A DNA stretch of 64,000 bases from Candidatus Dojkabacteria bacterium (GTDB lineage: Bacteria; Patescibacteriota; Dojkabacteria; B142; WJKM01): the NCBI GenBank assembly GCA_014729085.1, contig WJKM01000023.1, positions 13,648 to 77,647 of the forward strand, in the 5' to 3' direction. The notes beneath the pieces were generated by a model. It was not told the origin of the DNA, did not search any database, and saw nothing but the letters and a program-made list of their open reading frames with translations. Each line of letters starts with the position of its first letter. Position 1 is the stretch's first letter. Below are positions 1-9,383 of this stretch, piece by piece. Made by a program: the position numbers and the translations under genes.

Positions 1-707
1 TGTATATGCAGAAGGTAGTATTTTAAAACTTATGGTTTCAAAATAATATGGAATAGGTAATACTGCATCTTTTGATTTCAACATAAATTCAAAAGTATAA
101 TCATCTATGATTTTAATATCATCAAACTGGTTTGTTAAAACGTTTGAGAAATTACTTGCAGTATCTGGATTTTTGTTTAATGTTCGTAAAAGATAAAAAG
201 TGCTTTTTACATCTTCTGTTGTTAAAGTTTCACCATCATGCCATTTAACTCCTTTTTTTAACTTAAATCTATAATGATTACCCGGTTTAATAGCTCCAAA
301 AGATTCAATTAATACCTCCTCTACTTTTCCATCTTGTGTAACTTTTACCAAACTTTCATAAACCAAGTTTGAGATGTCTTTTTCAAGCTGAATGGGAGAT
401 GGAACTAGTGGATTTATTCGAGATAGGCCTAATAATTGACCTTCATCGTCTACACCTACTATAGTACCTTCAATGTATTTCTCATTCGATAAAGGAATAA
501 AAGCCTGAGTATTATAAAAAAACAAAGAAAAAATACAGAAATATACCAGAAAACCTAATATGAAGTGACTAAATGGTCTTAGAGAAATATATAGATTCCT
601 GAACGAATTTAATGCTGATTCTTTGCCCAAAAACAATATATTGGGATAATCCCAGATTAATTCTCTAAATCTATATAGAATAGTTTCAAATATACGCTGA
701 ATCATTT
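1..707 (-). CDS. Partial CDS (start at 707, 3' end runs off the window): solute-binding protein family 5 (oligopeptide/nickel-type ABC substrate-binding protein) with an N-terminal membrane anchor
   Basis: Manual minus-strand translation from the ATG at 705-707: MIQRIFETILYRFRELIWDYPNILFLGKESALNSFRNLYISLRPFSHFILGFLVYFCIFSLFFYN, a hydrophobic anchor. It continues ...YRFKLKKGVKWHDGETLTTEDVKSTFYLL..., a typical SBP_bac_5 motif (K.GVKFHDG..lTAeDV). Not in the ORF track because no stop falls inside the window. Confidence 0.45.
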
Positions 708-729
708 ATCTGTATAAAACAAATTCTAA

Positions 730-963
730 TTACTTATTGAGTAACATTATTGCAATTGCAATTGCTACCCAAAAAACTGTAAACGCAATGGTTGCATTAT
801 GCAAGAATAATTCAGCACCACGCTTAGTTCTTTTTACCTCATCGGCAAATCCTCCTCCAAATAAAATCCCTGTATCTCCTTCCTTAGGTTGAAGTACGAT
901 GATTAAAATCAAAATAGCAGAAATTACAATTTCAACTATCATTAGTGTTTTTACAATATCCAT
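730..963 (-). CDS. secG: Preprotein translocase subunit SecG
   Basis: 77 aa with two TM segments and the SecG-type motif LIIVLQPKEGDTGILFGGG; size and topology fit SecG. Confidence 0.7.
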   Translation of the reverse strand: MDIVKTLMIVEIVISAILILIIVLQPKEGDTGILFGGGFADEVKRTKRGAELFLHNATIAFTVFWVAIAIAIMLLNK

Positions 964-1006
964 GCTTTGCTATGATTAAAAATAAACTTAAATAGTTAGA
1001 ATTTAC

Positions 1007-1417
1007 TCATCTGCCCATAAGCCACTGAGTTATAGATGTTAACAACATGGAAAAAAATCCCGCAAATACTATAACCCATGTCTGTGTAAGTTCTAAACCT
1101 CTTAAAAAGGACAAACCCATTATAGCCTCAGATCCAGTCACGTCTTCAAAATATAAGAACCCTACTAATATATATCTCATTACGAAAAAATATCCAATAC
1201 ATATTACCACTCCAAAAAATAGAAACGACCAAAAATTGACATTGATTTTAAAAAATTCGATCAAATTTGGCAAGAACATTATTACAGCAACGTAAATTGC
1301 ACCGCTCACTATATACCCAACTAACCCATCCTGCACTGTAATGCCGGGTGCTAAAGTAACAGCCGTAAAAAATGTTAAAAAATTAATCCAAATTTGATAA
1401 ACAGTATACATTGTCAA
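1007..1417 (-). CDS. Small polytopic membrane protein, function unknown
   Basis: 136-aa ORF with about four hydrophobic helices; no recognisable motif. Confidence 0.35.
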   Translation of the reverse strand: MTMYTVYQIWINFLTFFTAVTLAPGITVQDGLVGYIVSGAIYVAVIMFLPNLIEFFKINVNFWSFLFFGVVICIGYFFVMRYILVGFLYFEDVTGSEAIMGLSFLRGLELTQTWVIVFAGFFSMLLTSITQWLMGR

Positions 1418-1541
1418 TTGAGCAGTTTTAATTTAAGTTTATTGACTTGACTTTAATCAACCCCTACTATCTAGTTAAACACTGGATATTATATCACCTT
1501 AAATATATATCATAAATTGATTTAAGATAATGAATTTCAAT

Positions 1542-3287
1542 TTATTTACAGCTGTATTTTGCAGAAGCAAGAATCGCATATGGTAATCTGGCAGGACTTG
1601 AACTAATAGAGTCGATACCACTTTCAATTAAAAATTTTAATGAGAGTGGATCAGCTGCTTGCTCGCCGCAAATGCTTATATGTATCTCTTCATTTACTTT
1701 CTTAGCTTTATCCACAATATCCTTAATAAATACTCCCAATCCCTTGATATCCAAAGTTGCAAATGGATCATTTTTGAAAATACCCTGCGATATATAATTT
1801 GACATAAAAGTCTCGGAATCATCGCGAGAAATTCCAAAAAGTGTTTGAGTTAAATCGTTAGTTCCAAAACTAATAAAATCCACCAATGGAGCAATGTCTT
1901 TAATTAACAAACCTGCTCTAGGCGTTTCTATCATAGAACCTATTTTGTATTTAATATTTTGCCAATTTTCATTTTTATTAATTTCTTCTTTAATTATTGA
2001 TTTAAACAAGAAAATTTCTTCTGGATCTACAATAAGTGGAATTTCTAAAATAATTTCTATCTTTTTTCCCTGCTTTTCTAATTTTTCCAATGCTTTAAAA
2101 ATTGCTTGAGTTTGAATTGATATTAAATCAGGATTTAAAACTAAAAACCGTGCACCTCGATAACCCAACATTGGATTTGTTTCACAGAATTTCCCTTCAA
2201 CTACACAATTTTTTTCTGTAAACTCGTGTAATGGAGCATCAAGGTATCTTACAACAACCTTGTTTCCTGATTGAGACTTGAATAATTTATAGAAATCATT
2301 TGTATGTTTTTTAATAAATCTTCTAGTAAGTTCCTGATCTGAATTATTATCGAAAAGTATTTTCCGTATTATCTTTCTTCCCTCCTTACCAATAAACATA
2401 TGTTCTGTTCTACAAAGTCCAATACCATTTATGTGAAAACCTTGGGCCTGTTTCGAATCATCAAGTGTATCAGCATTAGCTAATATTTCAAATTCCAGAC
2501 TTTTTGTAGCAATGAGAAGTAACTCATCGAAATATTTGGAAGTCTTAGCTGATACAATTTCCTGTTTGCCTTTATAAATTCTGCCTCTATTTGCATCCAA
2601 AGTTACAGTTCTGCCTATATATTCCGAATCTAATATGTTACTACAGCCTAGAATACAAGGTATTCCCAAACCCTTTGCAATAACCGCTGCATGTGATGTA
2701 GGCCCTGATTGTGTTAAGACCAATCCATCAGTCTTATGAAAATAAGCTAAATCTTCTTGGAAAACTTCGGACAAAACCCATATACTACTTTTATTTTGTA
2801 AAAAATTATCTTCCAAATCTTTTCGTTTACTGACTAACTCCCCAACTACTCCTCCGTATGTAACTGGGTTTCCCTCAGCTATAGAAATAGTTGTTTTTTT
2901 CTTTTTTACGGTCGAAGCTAACCATTCATGAATAAAATCAAGAGGTATTTTTTGAAATAATTCATCTTTTTCAATAATTCCTGATTTATATAATTCATTT
3001 AAGACTTGAGGGAAAACTGAAGCTTCCAATTTTGCTTCCTTGCTGAATTCGATAATATATTTCTTATTCTCTTTATCGTAAGAAATAATACATTCAACAA
3101 CAAACTTATATTTCTTTTCAAGATCTTTTAAATTCTTTTTTAACTCTTTCTTAATTTTATTAGGCAACTCTGAATATTCAAGAACAGAAAAGTCGTTTAG
3201 CGAGTAAAGATAACCAAATATTTCATTCTCCCCATTATTAGGATTTCTTGAATATATTGAACCAATAAAATCAAATTGCTTGCTCAT
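1542..3287 (-). CDS. PEP-utilizing enzyme: pyruvate phosphate dikinase-like phospho-His plus PEP/pyruvate TIM-barrel domains, lacking the N-terminal ATP-grasp domain
   Basis: PPDK signatures: mobile His domain LTQSGPTSHAAVIAKGLGIPCILGC; TIM barrel GIGLCRTEHMF, NPMLGYRGARF, IETPRAG, FISFGTNDLTQ, ICGEQAADP. Only 581 aa, with about 110 aa of unrelated N-terminal sequence in place of the roughly 340-aa nucleotide-binding domain. Confidence 0.7.
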   Translation of the reverse strand: MSKQFDFIGSIYSRNPNNGENEIFGYLYSLNDFSVLEYSELPNKIKKELKKNLKDLEKKYKFVVECIISYDKENKKYIIEFSKEAKLEASVFPQVLNELYKSGIIEKDELFQKIPLDFIHEWLASTVKKKKTTISIAEGNPVTYGGVVGELVSKRKDLEDNFLQNKSSIWVLSEVFQEDLAYFHKTDGLVLTQSGPTSHAAVIAKGLGIPCILGCSNILDSEYIGRTVTLDANRGRIYKGKQEIVSAKTSKYFDELLLIATKSLEFEILANADTLDDSKQAQGFHINGIGLCRTEHMFIGKEGRKIIRKILFDNNSDQELTRRFIKKHTNDFYKLFKSQSGNKVVVRYLDAPLHEFTEKNCVVEGKFCETNPMLGYRGARFLVLNPDLISIQTQAIFKALEKLEKQGKKIEIILEIPLIVDPEEIFLFKSIIKEEINKNENWQNIKYKIGSMIETPRAGLLIKDIAPLVDFISFGTNDLTQTLFGISRDDSETFMSNYISQGIFKNDPFATLDIKGLGVFIKDIVDKAKKVNEEIHISICGEQAADPLSLKFLIESGIDSISSSPARLPYAILASAKYSCK

Positions 3288-3386
3288 TATTTTTTCAGAT
3301 AAAATAACACAGTTTGCTGTATTATATATATAGTTTTAAAAAAACAAAATATTTTATATGTTTATATCATAATTATCTCAAACAAA

Positions 3387-4163
3387 ATGGTATCAGAAAA
3401 AATACTATTAAAACATGGATATATTGAATTCATAGACAAAAATGGATTGACTCCTAAATCTCAAAAGGCAAAAGACAAGATTAAACTTCTAGAACATAAT
3501 TTTCAGGATCTATTAAATCCGTTATCAATAAAAATTGTTACAAATCCTGCAACAATAGTAAGTAAAAGTCAATTTTCCAACCTTAAGAATATAATTAAAA
3601 GAACTTGGGAAAACGCTAAATCCATAGGATACCCCTTTGTTGAGGAGTTATTTATGAGAACAAGTTTTTTTAATAGCAGCACCGCTTTTAGTATGCCGCT
3701 GAAGCAAATTCCTTACTCTACCCCACAAAAAATGGCTAAAATTATCTATAAACAAATTCAAAAATTTGGTTATCCTGATCAGATTATTCTGCATCCAAGA
3801 CTCTCGCTTACTAACTTAAAAAAATGCATGATTGCCGCCCGATTTAAACTTAAAGCTTCTACGCTAGAAGCAGAGATCGGACACAAAGGAATAAGGGATA
3901 TAAATCAACTTCATAAAGGCAAAATACATCTTTCAGCGACCTTAGATAGTGAATTTGAACTAAAAATTGAGAAAGGTGTTCCAACCGATAAAGAAATAGA
4001 ACAATACAAAAAAATTATACTTGCGGGAAAAATCTTCCTTCCTTTTGCTGAAGAAATGATTATTGATGAAACTGCAAAACATAAAGAAATAGTTTACGAA
4101 TTTAGAGTTCAGCCTTATAATGAATGGCTTTATATGATTTTTAATGATATTGAATATACATAA
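3387..4163 (+). CDS. Hypothetical protein
   Basis: 258-aa ORF, divergent from the PPDK-like gene; no recognisable motifs. Confidence 0.45.
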   Translation: MVSEKILLKHGYIEFIDKNGLTPKSQKAKDKIKLLEHNFQDLLNPLSIKIVTNPATIVSKSQFSNLKNIIKRTWENAKSIGYPFVEELFMRTSFFNSSTAFSMPLKQIPYSTPQKMAKIIYKQIQKFGYPDQIILHPRLSLTNLKKCMIAARFKLKASTLEAEIGHKGIRDINQLHKGKIHLSATLDSEFELKIEKGVPTDKEIEQYKKIILAGKIFLPFAEEMIIDETAKHKEIVYEFRVQPYNEWLYMIFNDIEYT

Positions 4164-4228
4164 ACTATTTTCAGCTTTTGCTTTAAGGACTGGGAAATTT
4201 CCAGCAAAACTACTAAAATATCTTCAGT

Positions 4229-5005
4229 ATGAAATCAAACCAAAAATTTGAAAATCCTTTTGGAAATATATTTGAGAAAGCATATGCTCAAGATGCAGAT
4301 CTTATTGTCTCCCCAACTTTACCGGTTGATCCCAATCTACAAGGTCCTCTATTTGGTACTGGTCCAGACATCACAGGCACACCAACCACACCCTCATCTG
4401 GACTTGCGACAATTAAATTGACTTCTGATGAGGCAAGTGATCTGCAAATGAATGACAGTTTTACATTAAAAGTTGAAATACTCTCCAACGATTTAAACAT
4501 ATCTGGCTTTGGAGTTACTATTGTATTCAATCCCAATAAATTGGAGATACTCAACACAAAATACTTAGATACATACTTCACAAATAATAATGAAATAAAT
4601 GCAGATGAATTCAATGGGACTATTTCTATCAAAGGTGATGCTTTAGAAGATGCCATTACTATAAATAGAGCAATTGCAGAAATAGAATTTGCAGTAAGAT
4701 CAGAAGGTTTAATTGATATCAATGTAGATGAAGATTCCGAAGCAACATTTCTGAATTCAGAGACTGGAGAAAATATACCTTTAAATTTTTTAAACTTTGA
4801 AACGCAGGTGGGAGTTTCAGAAGTTACGAGCACAAGTACTACAATGATCTCCCCTACCCAAACAACAACTAGCACTTATAAAGTTATACCTAAAAGTGAT
4901 ATTGAATCAATTTCAGAAATCTGGCCTTTGTTTGTTGGAGGCCTTGTTCTAGTTATTGGTTTATGGATGAAGAAAGCATCCCAGAAAGATGAAGATATAT
5001 TTTAA
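4229..5005 (+). CDS. Hypothetical cell-surface protein with C-terminal transmembrane anchor
   Basis: 258 aa. Ser/Thr-rich stalk (TSTSTTMISPTQTTTSTYK) followed by the C-terminal TM segment IWPLFVGGLVLVIGLWMKK and a charged tail; no LPXTG. Confidence 0.45.
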   Translation: MKSNQKFENPFGNIFEKAYAQDADLIVSPTLPVDPNLQGPLFGTGPDITGTPTTPSSGLATIKLTSDEASDLQMNDSFTLKVEILSNDLNISGFGVTIVFNPNKLEILNTKYLDTYFTNNNEINADEFNGTISIKGDALEDAITINRAIAEIEFAVRSEGLIDINVDEDSEATFLNSETGENIPLNFLNFETQVGVSEVTSTSTTMISPTQTTTSTYKVIPKSDIESISEIWPLFVGGLVLVIGLWMKKASQKDEDIF

Positions 5006-5033
5006 TCCTCAATAAATCTTTTACATAAGATAA

Positions 5034-5927
5034 ATGCCTCTAAGCACTCATACCGACAAAACTTATGTTATGGGAACTCAAATAGAAATAAAAATTGTGA
5101 GTTCCGCCTCAAAAATCAATATTGACAATATATTACAAGATTCTATTAATATATTTCATCAAATTTCAACTCGATATTCTCGATTTACAGATTCTAGCGA
5201 ACTCTCAATTGTTAATAAATCTCAAGGCAAATTAATCTACATATCTCCAGAGTTGTTTCAACTTATCAAAGTCAGTTTGAAATTATATGAGGATACCAAA
5301 GGAGTATTTGATCCTACAATAATCGACTTTCTTGAAGCTTATGGATACAACAAAAAATATAATTTCGATAAACTAAACTCCAAAAATTTGAATAATGAAA
5401 TTAAAAAGCTTGTATCTACAAGACCTTCTTTTAAAGAAATACAATTAAATGCAGCTGATAAAACAATAAAGCTTGCTCAAAATCAAAAGATTGACTTGGG
5501 AGGTATTGCAAAAGGTTATGCAATAAGGAAGGTTAAAAATTTATTATTGGATAACAACTTTCAAAATTTTACAATTTCTGCAGGTGGAGATGTGTATGCA
5601 AACGGATACAAAGATAACGGTAATAAATGGAAAGCCGCCTTATTTAATCCCCAAAAAAGTATTAATTCCCAAAAAACAGAGATTTATAAAGTTATAAACC
5701 TACATAATGAAGCTTTTGCAAGTTCAGGAAGCTGGGCGAGAAAAATAGGAAAATTTCATCATCTAATAAATCCTCAAATAGGCAAACCTGCAAAAATAAA
5801 GAAACCCGTATTTATCAAGGGAAAAGACCCTCTTTACGCAGATGCTTTAGCAACAATTTGTTATTTAGATGAAAAAATTGCTCAAAAGTTATTTAAAAAA
5901 TATGACTGTGAAAAAATAAATGTATAA
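5034..5927 (+). CDS. apbE: FAD:protein FMN transferase (ApbE family)
   Basis: 297 aa. ApbE hallmark DLGGIAKGYA plus the upstream ISAGGDVY region; no obvious signal peptide. Confidence 0.7.
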   Translation: MPLSTHTDKTYVMGTQIEIKIVSSASKINIDNILQDSINIFHQISTRYSRFTDSSELSIVNKSQGKLIYISPELFQLIKVSLKLYEDTKGVFDPTIIDFLEAYGYNKKYNFDKLNSKNLNNEIKKLVSTRPSFKEIQLNAADKTIKLAQNQKIDLGGIAKGYAIRKVKNLLLDNNFQNFTISAGGDVYANGYKDNGNKWKAALFNPQKSINSQKTEIYKVINLHNEAFASSGSWARKIGKFHHLINPQIGKPAKIKKPVFIKGKDPLYADALATICYLDEKIAQKLFKKYDCEKINV

Positions 5928-5969
5928 AAAGGACAGAGTTATCTATCCTTCTTATACTTAAAATCAAAT

Positions 5970-8900
5970 TTATTCTGGTGTAAACTTCTTTGGTGCGTCA
6001 ACTTCAGCTCTTACCCAATATCCAACAACTGGATATACCTTAAAATCATTTCCATATTCCACACCGTCTTTAAGTATTACATTGTAATACATCCCTCCCT
6101 CCCATTTACTTAAAGTATCTGCATTAATCATCTGTGAATTCATCATTCTCAATACATCGAAACCTTGATAGCTTGGTTTATTCTGATTGTAAATACTAAT
6201 AAGATTCCAACCCGAATTTATTTGCACAGGAAGACTTCCTTCTACTTTCTTCCCTTTTAGAAATATTTCTGCAGAACTGTAATTCTTTACAAAATAACCT
6301 TCACCAGGTAATATTGCATAATCATCTCCAAATTCATGATCAACACCTGAATCTTCCTCCCTATTTGAATAGATCAAGAACTGTCCACTTCTATATGTAG
6401 CTAAATGAGTAGCTTCAGCACCCTGATCATTAATATTTTTAAGAAGTTCTGATGCCATTCTAATATTACTTGTATTTTCACCTTCCATAACCATTGGAAT
6501 GGAAATGAGGTTCCAACCAAGCTTCAAGTCATATACTTGATTTTCAGCAACTTTATTAATATTAATTTGAATACCTTGACTTTCTTCATCAGTTAAATAT
6601 TCTTCATCCTCATCCTTCATTCCATTTCCGTTTGTATCCCAGTAAAACTGAATAGGCCCTTCCTCCATAACTTCAATGGATTTAGTTCGTATGTTATTCC
6701 CCTGAACTAAATAAACTCCAGGCTCTACAGATTCAGAAGTCTCTGTTTCTTGGGCTTGTACTTTGGAAATAAAGATATTTTTAAAATTCAATTCCATCAT
6801 CTCTCCTCCGTTATTACAATCCGGATGAACTACGCAATCTGCATAACCTCCCTCACAATCTGTATGTTCACCGCAATTAGAATAGATTTTCTGTACTGAA
6901 TTGTTTGCACACCGTCCTCCTGCACCACAACCTGTAGCTGTATCTAAAGATGTTTCGCATACATCTACGCAATTTACTTCAGTTTCTATTCCCATACATG
7001 AATTATATTCATCACTCCCAACTGCCCCCTCACTTAAACATAGTTGGTGATTCCCGCCTGTTTGTCCCGTTCCATCCGGTTCAACTGCAACATCGGCACC
7101 TGGCCTTAATACACATTCACTTCCTCTACAATGATAATTAGAGCCGTGTGTTGCAGTACAATCTTCCCTTAACTCTTGTGGATAACTCATGTCTCTACAT
7201 TCTCCAAGAACGGTGTTGGAAAGACAAGCTTTTCCACCATGTGGGACATCGCCATTATTACATGCTCTATTACCTGTATCTCCTTCGGGAGGTTCACTAT
7301 CTGGATCTCTACTGCATGTTTCAGAATTCATATCCCTACAAGCCTCTGTACATGAGTTGTAATCCAATGCATAAAAGTCTTTATTAACACAATCCTCACC
7401 AACTAAACAATTACATGATAAAGTTTCATTTCCATTTCCGTCTCCATCAGTTCCAGAACCACCATCATCGTCTGTTGTTGTAAGTGGCTGGCAACTAACT
7501 CCCGAGCAAATCTCATTTGCTCCGCAATCCTTAAGCTTAATTCTGCTTCCATTTTCACAAATATAAAGCTCTCCTGGAGGCCCATATTTATTGCACATTC
7601 TATCTCCATGTTTATAGTCTCCACAAGGATCTTGGCCGTCATCCTCCTCTTGTCCTACGGGTGGATCTCCAGCGCCAGCAGGCGGTTGCCCATCTGTTGG
7701 GTCTGGATCGTTTGAATATCTACAAGAACCGTCGTCTACTTCTGCTTCAGGATTATAATTAAGTGCTAATTCGTCAGTACATCCTCTTATTTGTTCTGGA
7801 GGAGTGCTTTCTTCTGGCGTTGGAGTATCAGTATCACCTCCTTCAATGATCTTGTTATGAACAAGTATATCTTCAGCAAAATAAGTATTATAAGGGGTCA
7901 AACCTACAAGATTAAACGTCTGGACTTTTTCTTCTCTATAAATAATAGACTCAATCTTCATCCATTTCCCATTAATATCATAGATCATGTCTTCTTCTTC
8001 GATCTTTTGAATTTCAAAATTCATCCCAGCTATATGATGATCATTTTGTGCATCTTGTGGACTAATTGCACCCCATCCAACATATCCATTTTGCTTCTTA
8101 ATATAAACTGGATGTTCACTTGTCAATTTCAATTTTTTATTAATAATGTAATAATTCTCTCTGATAGGCTTTTCAATTTTTCTAACAAATGAAACCCCCA
8201 TTACCTTATTTGTTATATCAAAACTCATAATACTTTCCCCTATTTGAATATCTTCAATATTCTTTGTCTTCCCATTAGATAAGCTAATTTTCGTCCCCTT
8301 CAAAAAACAACTTGTATTTCCTCCGCTCGAACCACCTGTTGATTGAGGTTGAGTTTCTTCTGGTGTAGACTCTGGTGTTGGCTCTTCTGTCTCTTCTGGT
8401 GTAGGAACAGTATCTTCGATACAGTTATTTCCAACTGGCCTCCAACCTTCTGGACATTCCATTCGAGCATATACTTTATCTAATAATTTCTGATTATTTG
8501 GATCAAACGCTTCTACATTATCTCCAATATACGCATCATCGACTGGTTGATCCTCGCTTGCTTTAAAAATAAGCTTCGCCTCATTAACTGATTTCCCTGT
8601 ATCTGCAAAAAAACCGATAGTCTCATCATCAGAATCAGTTCCTTGAAATAATCCTGAATAATCATTTATATAAAGATGTTGTACATCAAAAGAATAACTA
8701 CCGTTTGCTATAACACTTGAAATAAACTGAGATTTTGTACCATCCTCAGTTTCCCTTTTAAATAAAACTGTTCCGTCTGAAACTGCTTTTTTATTAGCAT
8801 CAAATACACGTCCATATACAGGATCTGGAGAATTGATATCCTTTAGTATTGGATTTGTTGTGAAGTTATTATTCTCCCCTTCCTTATACTTAGCATCTTG

Positions 8901-9239
8901 AATTTCATATGTATAGGTTGTCTCCGGACTTAGGTCCCTAATGGTAACATGATGAGTAAACCTTTTCTGAGCTTTTTCAGAATTATACTCATATATTCCT
9001 ACATCTTTTTCTTGTATATCTCTATCATCATAGTAAACAGTATTATTTACAGTAACCTTTCCTATTGTTGGTTTATCAGTAGTATAGAAAACAGTAGCAC
9101 TTGTGTCTTTCAAATTGGTAACAATTATATTGTCGGCATTTACTTTTCCTCCCTTAATAATAATTACTAATATTAAAATTACTGTTGACACAATAAATGC
9201 TGCAAATGCGTAAAACAAACTCTTATTATTTTCTTTCAT
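5970..9239 (-). CDS. Giant multidomain surface protein: N-terminal TM anchor, purple-acid-phosphatase-N/FN3-like and carboxypeptidase-regulatory-like domains, an internal Hint (bacterial intein-like) domain, Cys-rich modules and a C-terminal roughly 330-aa domain
   Basis: 1089 aa. N-terminal TM FAAFIVSTVILILVIII. Pur_ac_phosph_N-like TNLKDTSATVFYTTDKPTIGKVTV...HHVTIRDLSPETTYTYEIQ. Hint block begins with the nucleophile Cys, CFLKGTKISLSNGKTKNIEDIQIGESIMSFD...TSEHPVYIKK...FAEDILVHN, and is flanked by P/T/E-rich linkers. Followed by RGCTDELALNYNPEAEVDDGSCRY and a roughly 250-aa Cys-dense region. Confidence 0.7.
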   Translation of the reverse strand: MKENNKSLFYAFAAFIVSTVILILVIIIKGGKVNADNIIVTNLKDTSATVFYTTDKPTIGKVTVNNTVYYDDRDIQEKDVGIYEYNSEKAQKRFTHHVTIRDLSPETTYTYEIQDAKYKEGENNNFTTNPILKDINSPDPVYGRVFDANKKAVSDGTVLFKRETEDGTKSQFISSVIANGSYSFDVQHLYINDYSGLFQGTDSDDETIGFFADTGKSVNEAKLIFKASEDQPVDDAYIGDNVEAFDPNNQKLLDKVYARMECPEGWRPVGNNCIEDTVPTPEETEEPTPESTPEETQPQSTGGSSGGNTSCFLKGTKISLSNGKTKNIEDIQIGESIMSFDITNKVMGVSFVRKIEKPIRENYYIINKKLKLTSEHPVYIKKQNGYVGWGAISPQDAQNDHHIAGMNFEIQKIEEEDMIYDINGKWMKIESIIYREEKVQTFNLVGLTPYNTYFAEDILVHNKIIEGGDTDTPTPEESTPPEQIRGCTDELALNYNPEAEVDDGSCRYSNDPDPTDGQPPAGAGDPPVGQEEDDGQDPCGDYKHGDRMCNKYGPPGELYICENGSRIKLKDCGANEICSGVSCQPLTTTDDDGGSGTDGDGNGNETLSCNCLVGEDCVNKDFYALDYNSCTEACRDMNSETCSRDPDSEPPEGDTGNRACNNGDVPHGGKACLSNTVLGECRDMSYPQELREDCTATHGSNYHCRGSECVLRPGADVAVEPDGTGQTGGNHQLCLSEGAVGSDEYNSCMGIETEVNCVDVCETSLDTATGCGAGGRCANNSVQKIYSNCGEHTDCEGGYADCVVHPDCNNGGEMMELNFKNIFISKVQAQETETSESVEPGVYLVQGNNIRTKSIEVMEEGPIQFYWDTNGNGMKDEDEEYLTDEESQGIQININKVAENQVYDLKLGWNLISIPMVMEGENTSNIRMASELLKNINDQGAEATHLATYRSGQFLIYSNREEDSGVDHEFGDDYAILPGEGYFVKNYSSAEIFLKGKKVEGSLPVQINSGWNLISIYNQNKPSYQGFDVLRMMNSQMINADTLSKWEGGMYYNVILKDGVEYGNDFKVYPVVGYWVRAEVDAPKKFTPE

Positions 9240-9383
9240 TAATCATTATTAATTAAGTAAAATATTGTTTATACTCTAATATAACAAATTTAAAATTAGT
9301 TTTTAATATAATTCCTCATGGCTTTTAAACCATAGATATTGTAAACTTTACTATTCATACTTATTATTTATTTAATAGAGATT

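Noticed and set aside
4288-4875. 195-aa minus-strand ORF antisense to the surface-protein gene 4229..5005
   Set aside because: Completely nested antisense within a better-supported CDS. Its product is low-complexity Ser/Val-rich with no motifs, typical of a shadow ORF.
6950-9170. Several 60-130-aa plus-strand ORFs (6950..7141, 7148..7387, 7791..8192, 8949..9170) and minus-strand 7403..7642 inside the 1089-aa gene
   Set aside because: All lie within or antisense to the long, domain-rich minus-strand CDS. They have no start context or motifs and are interpreted as spurious.
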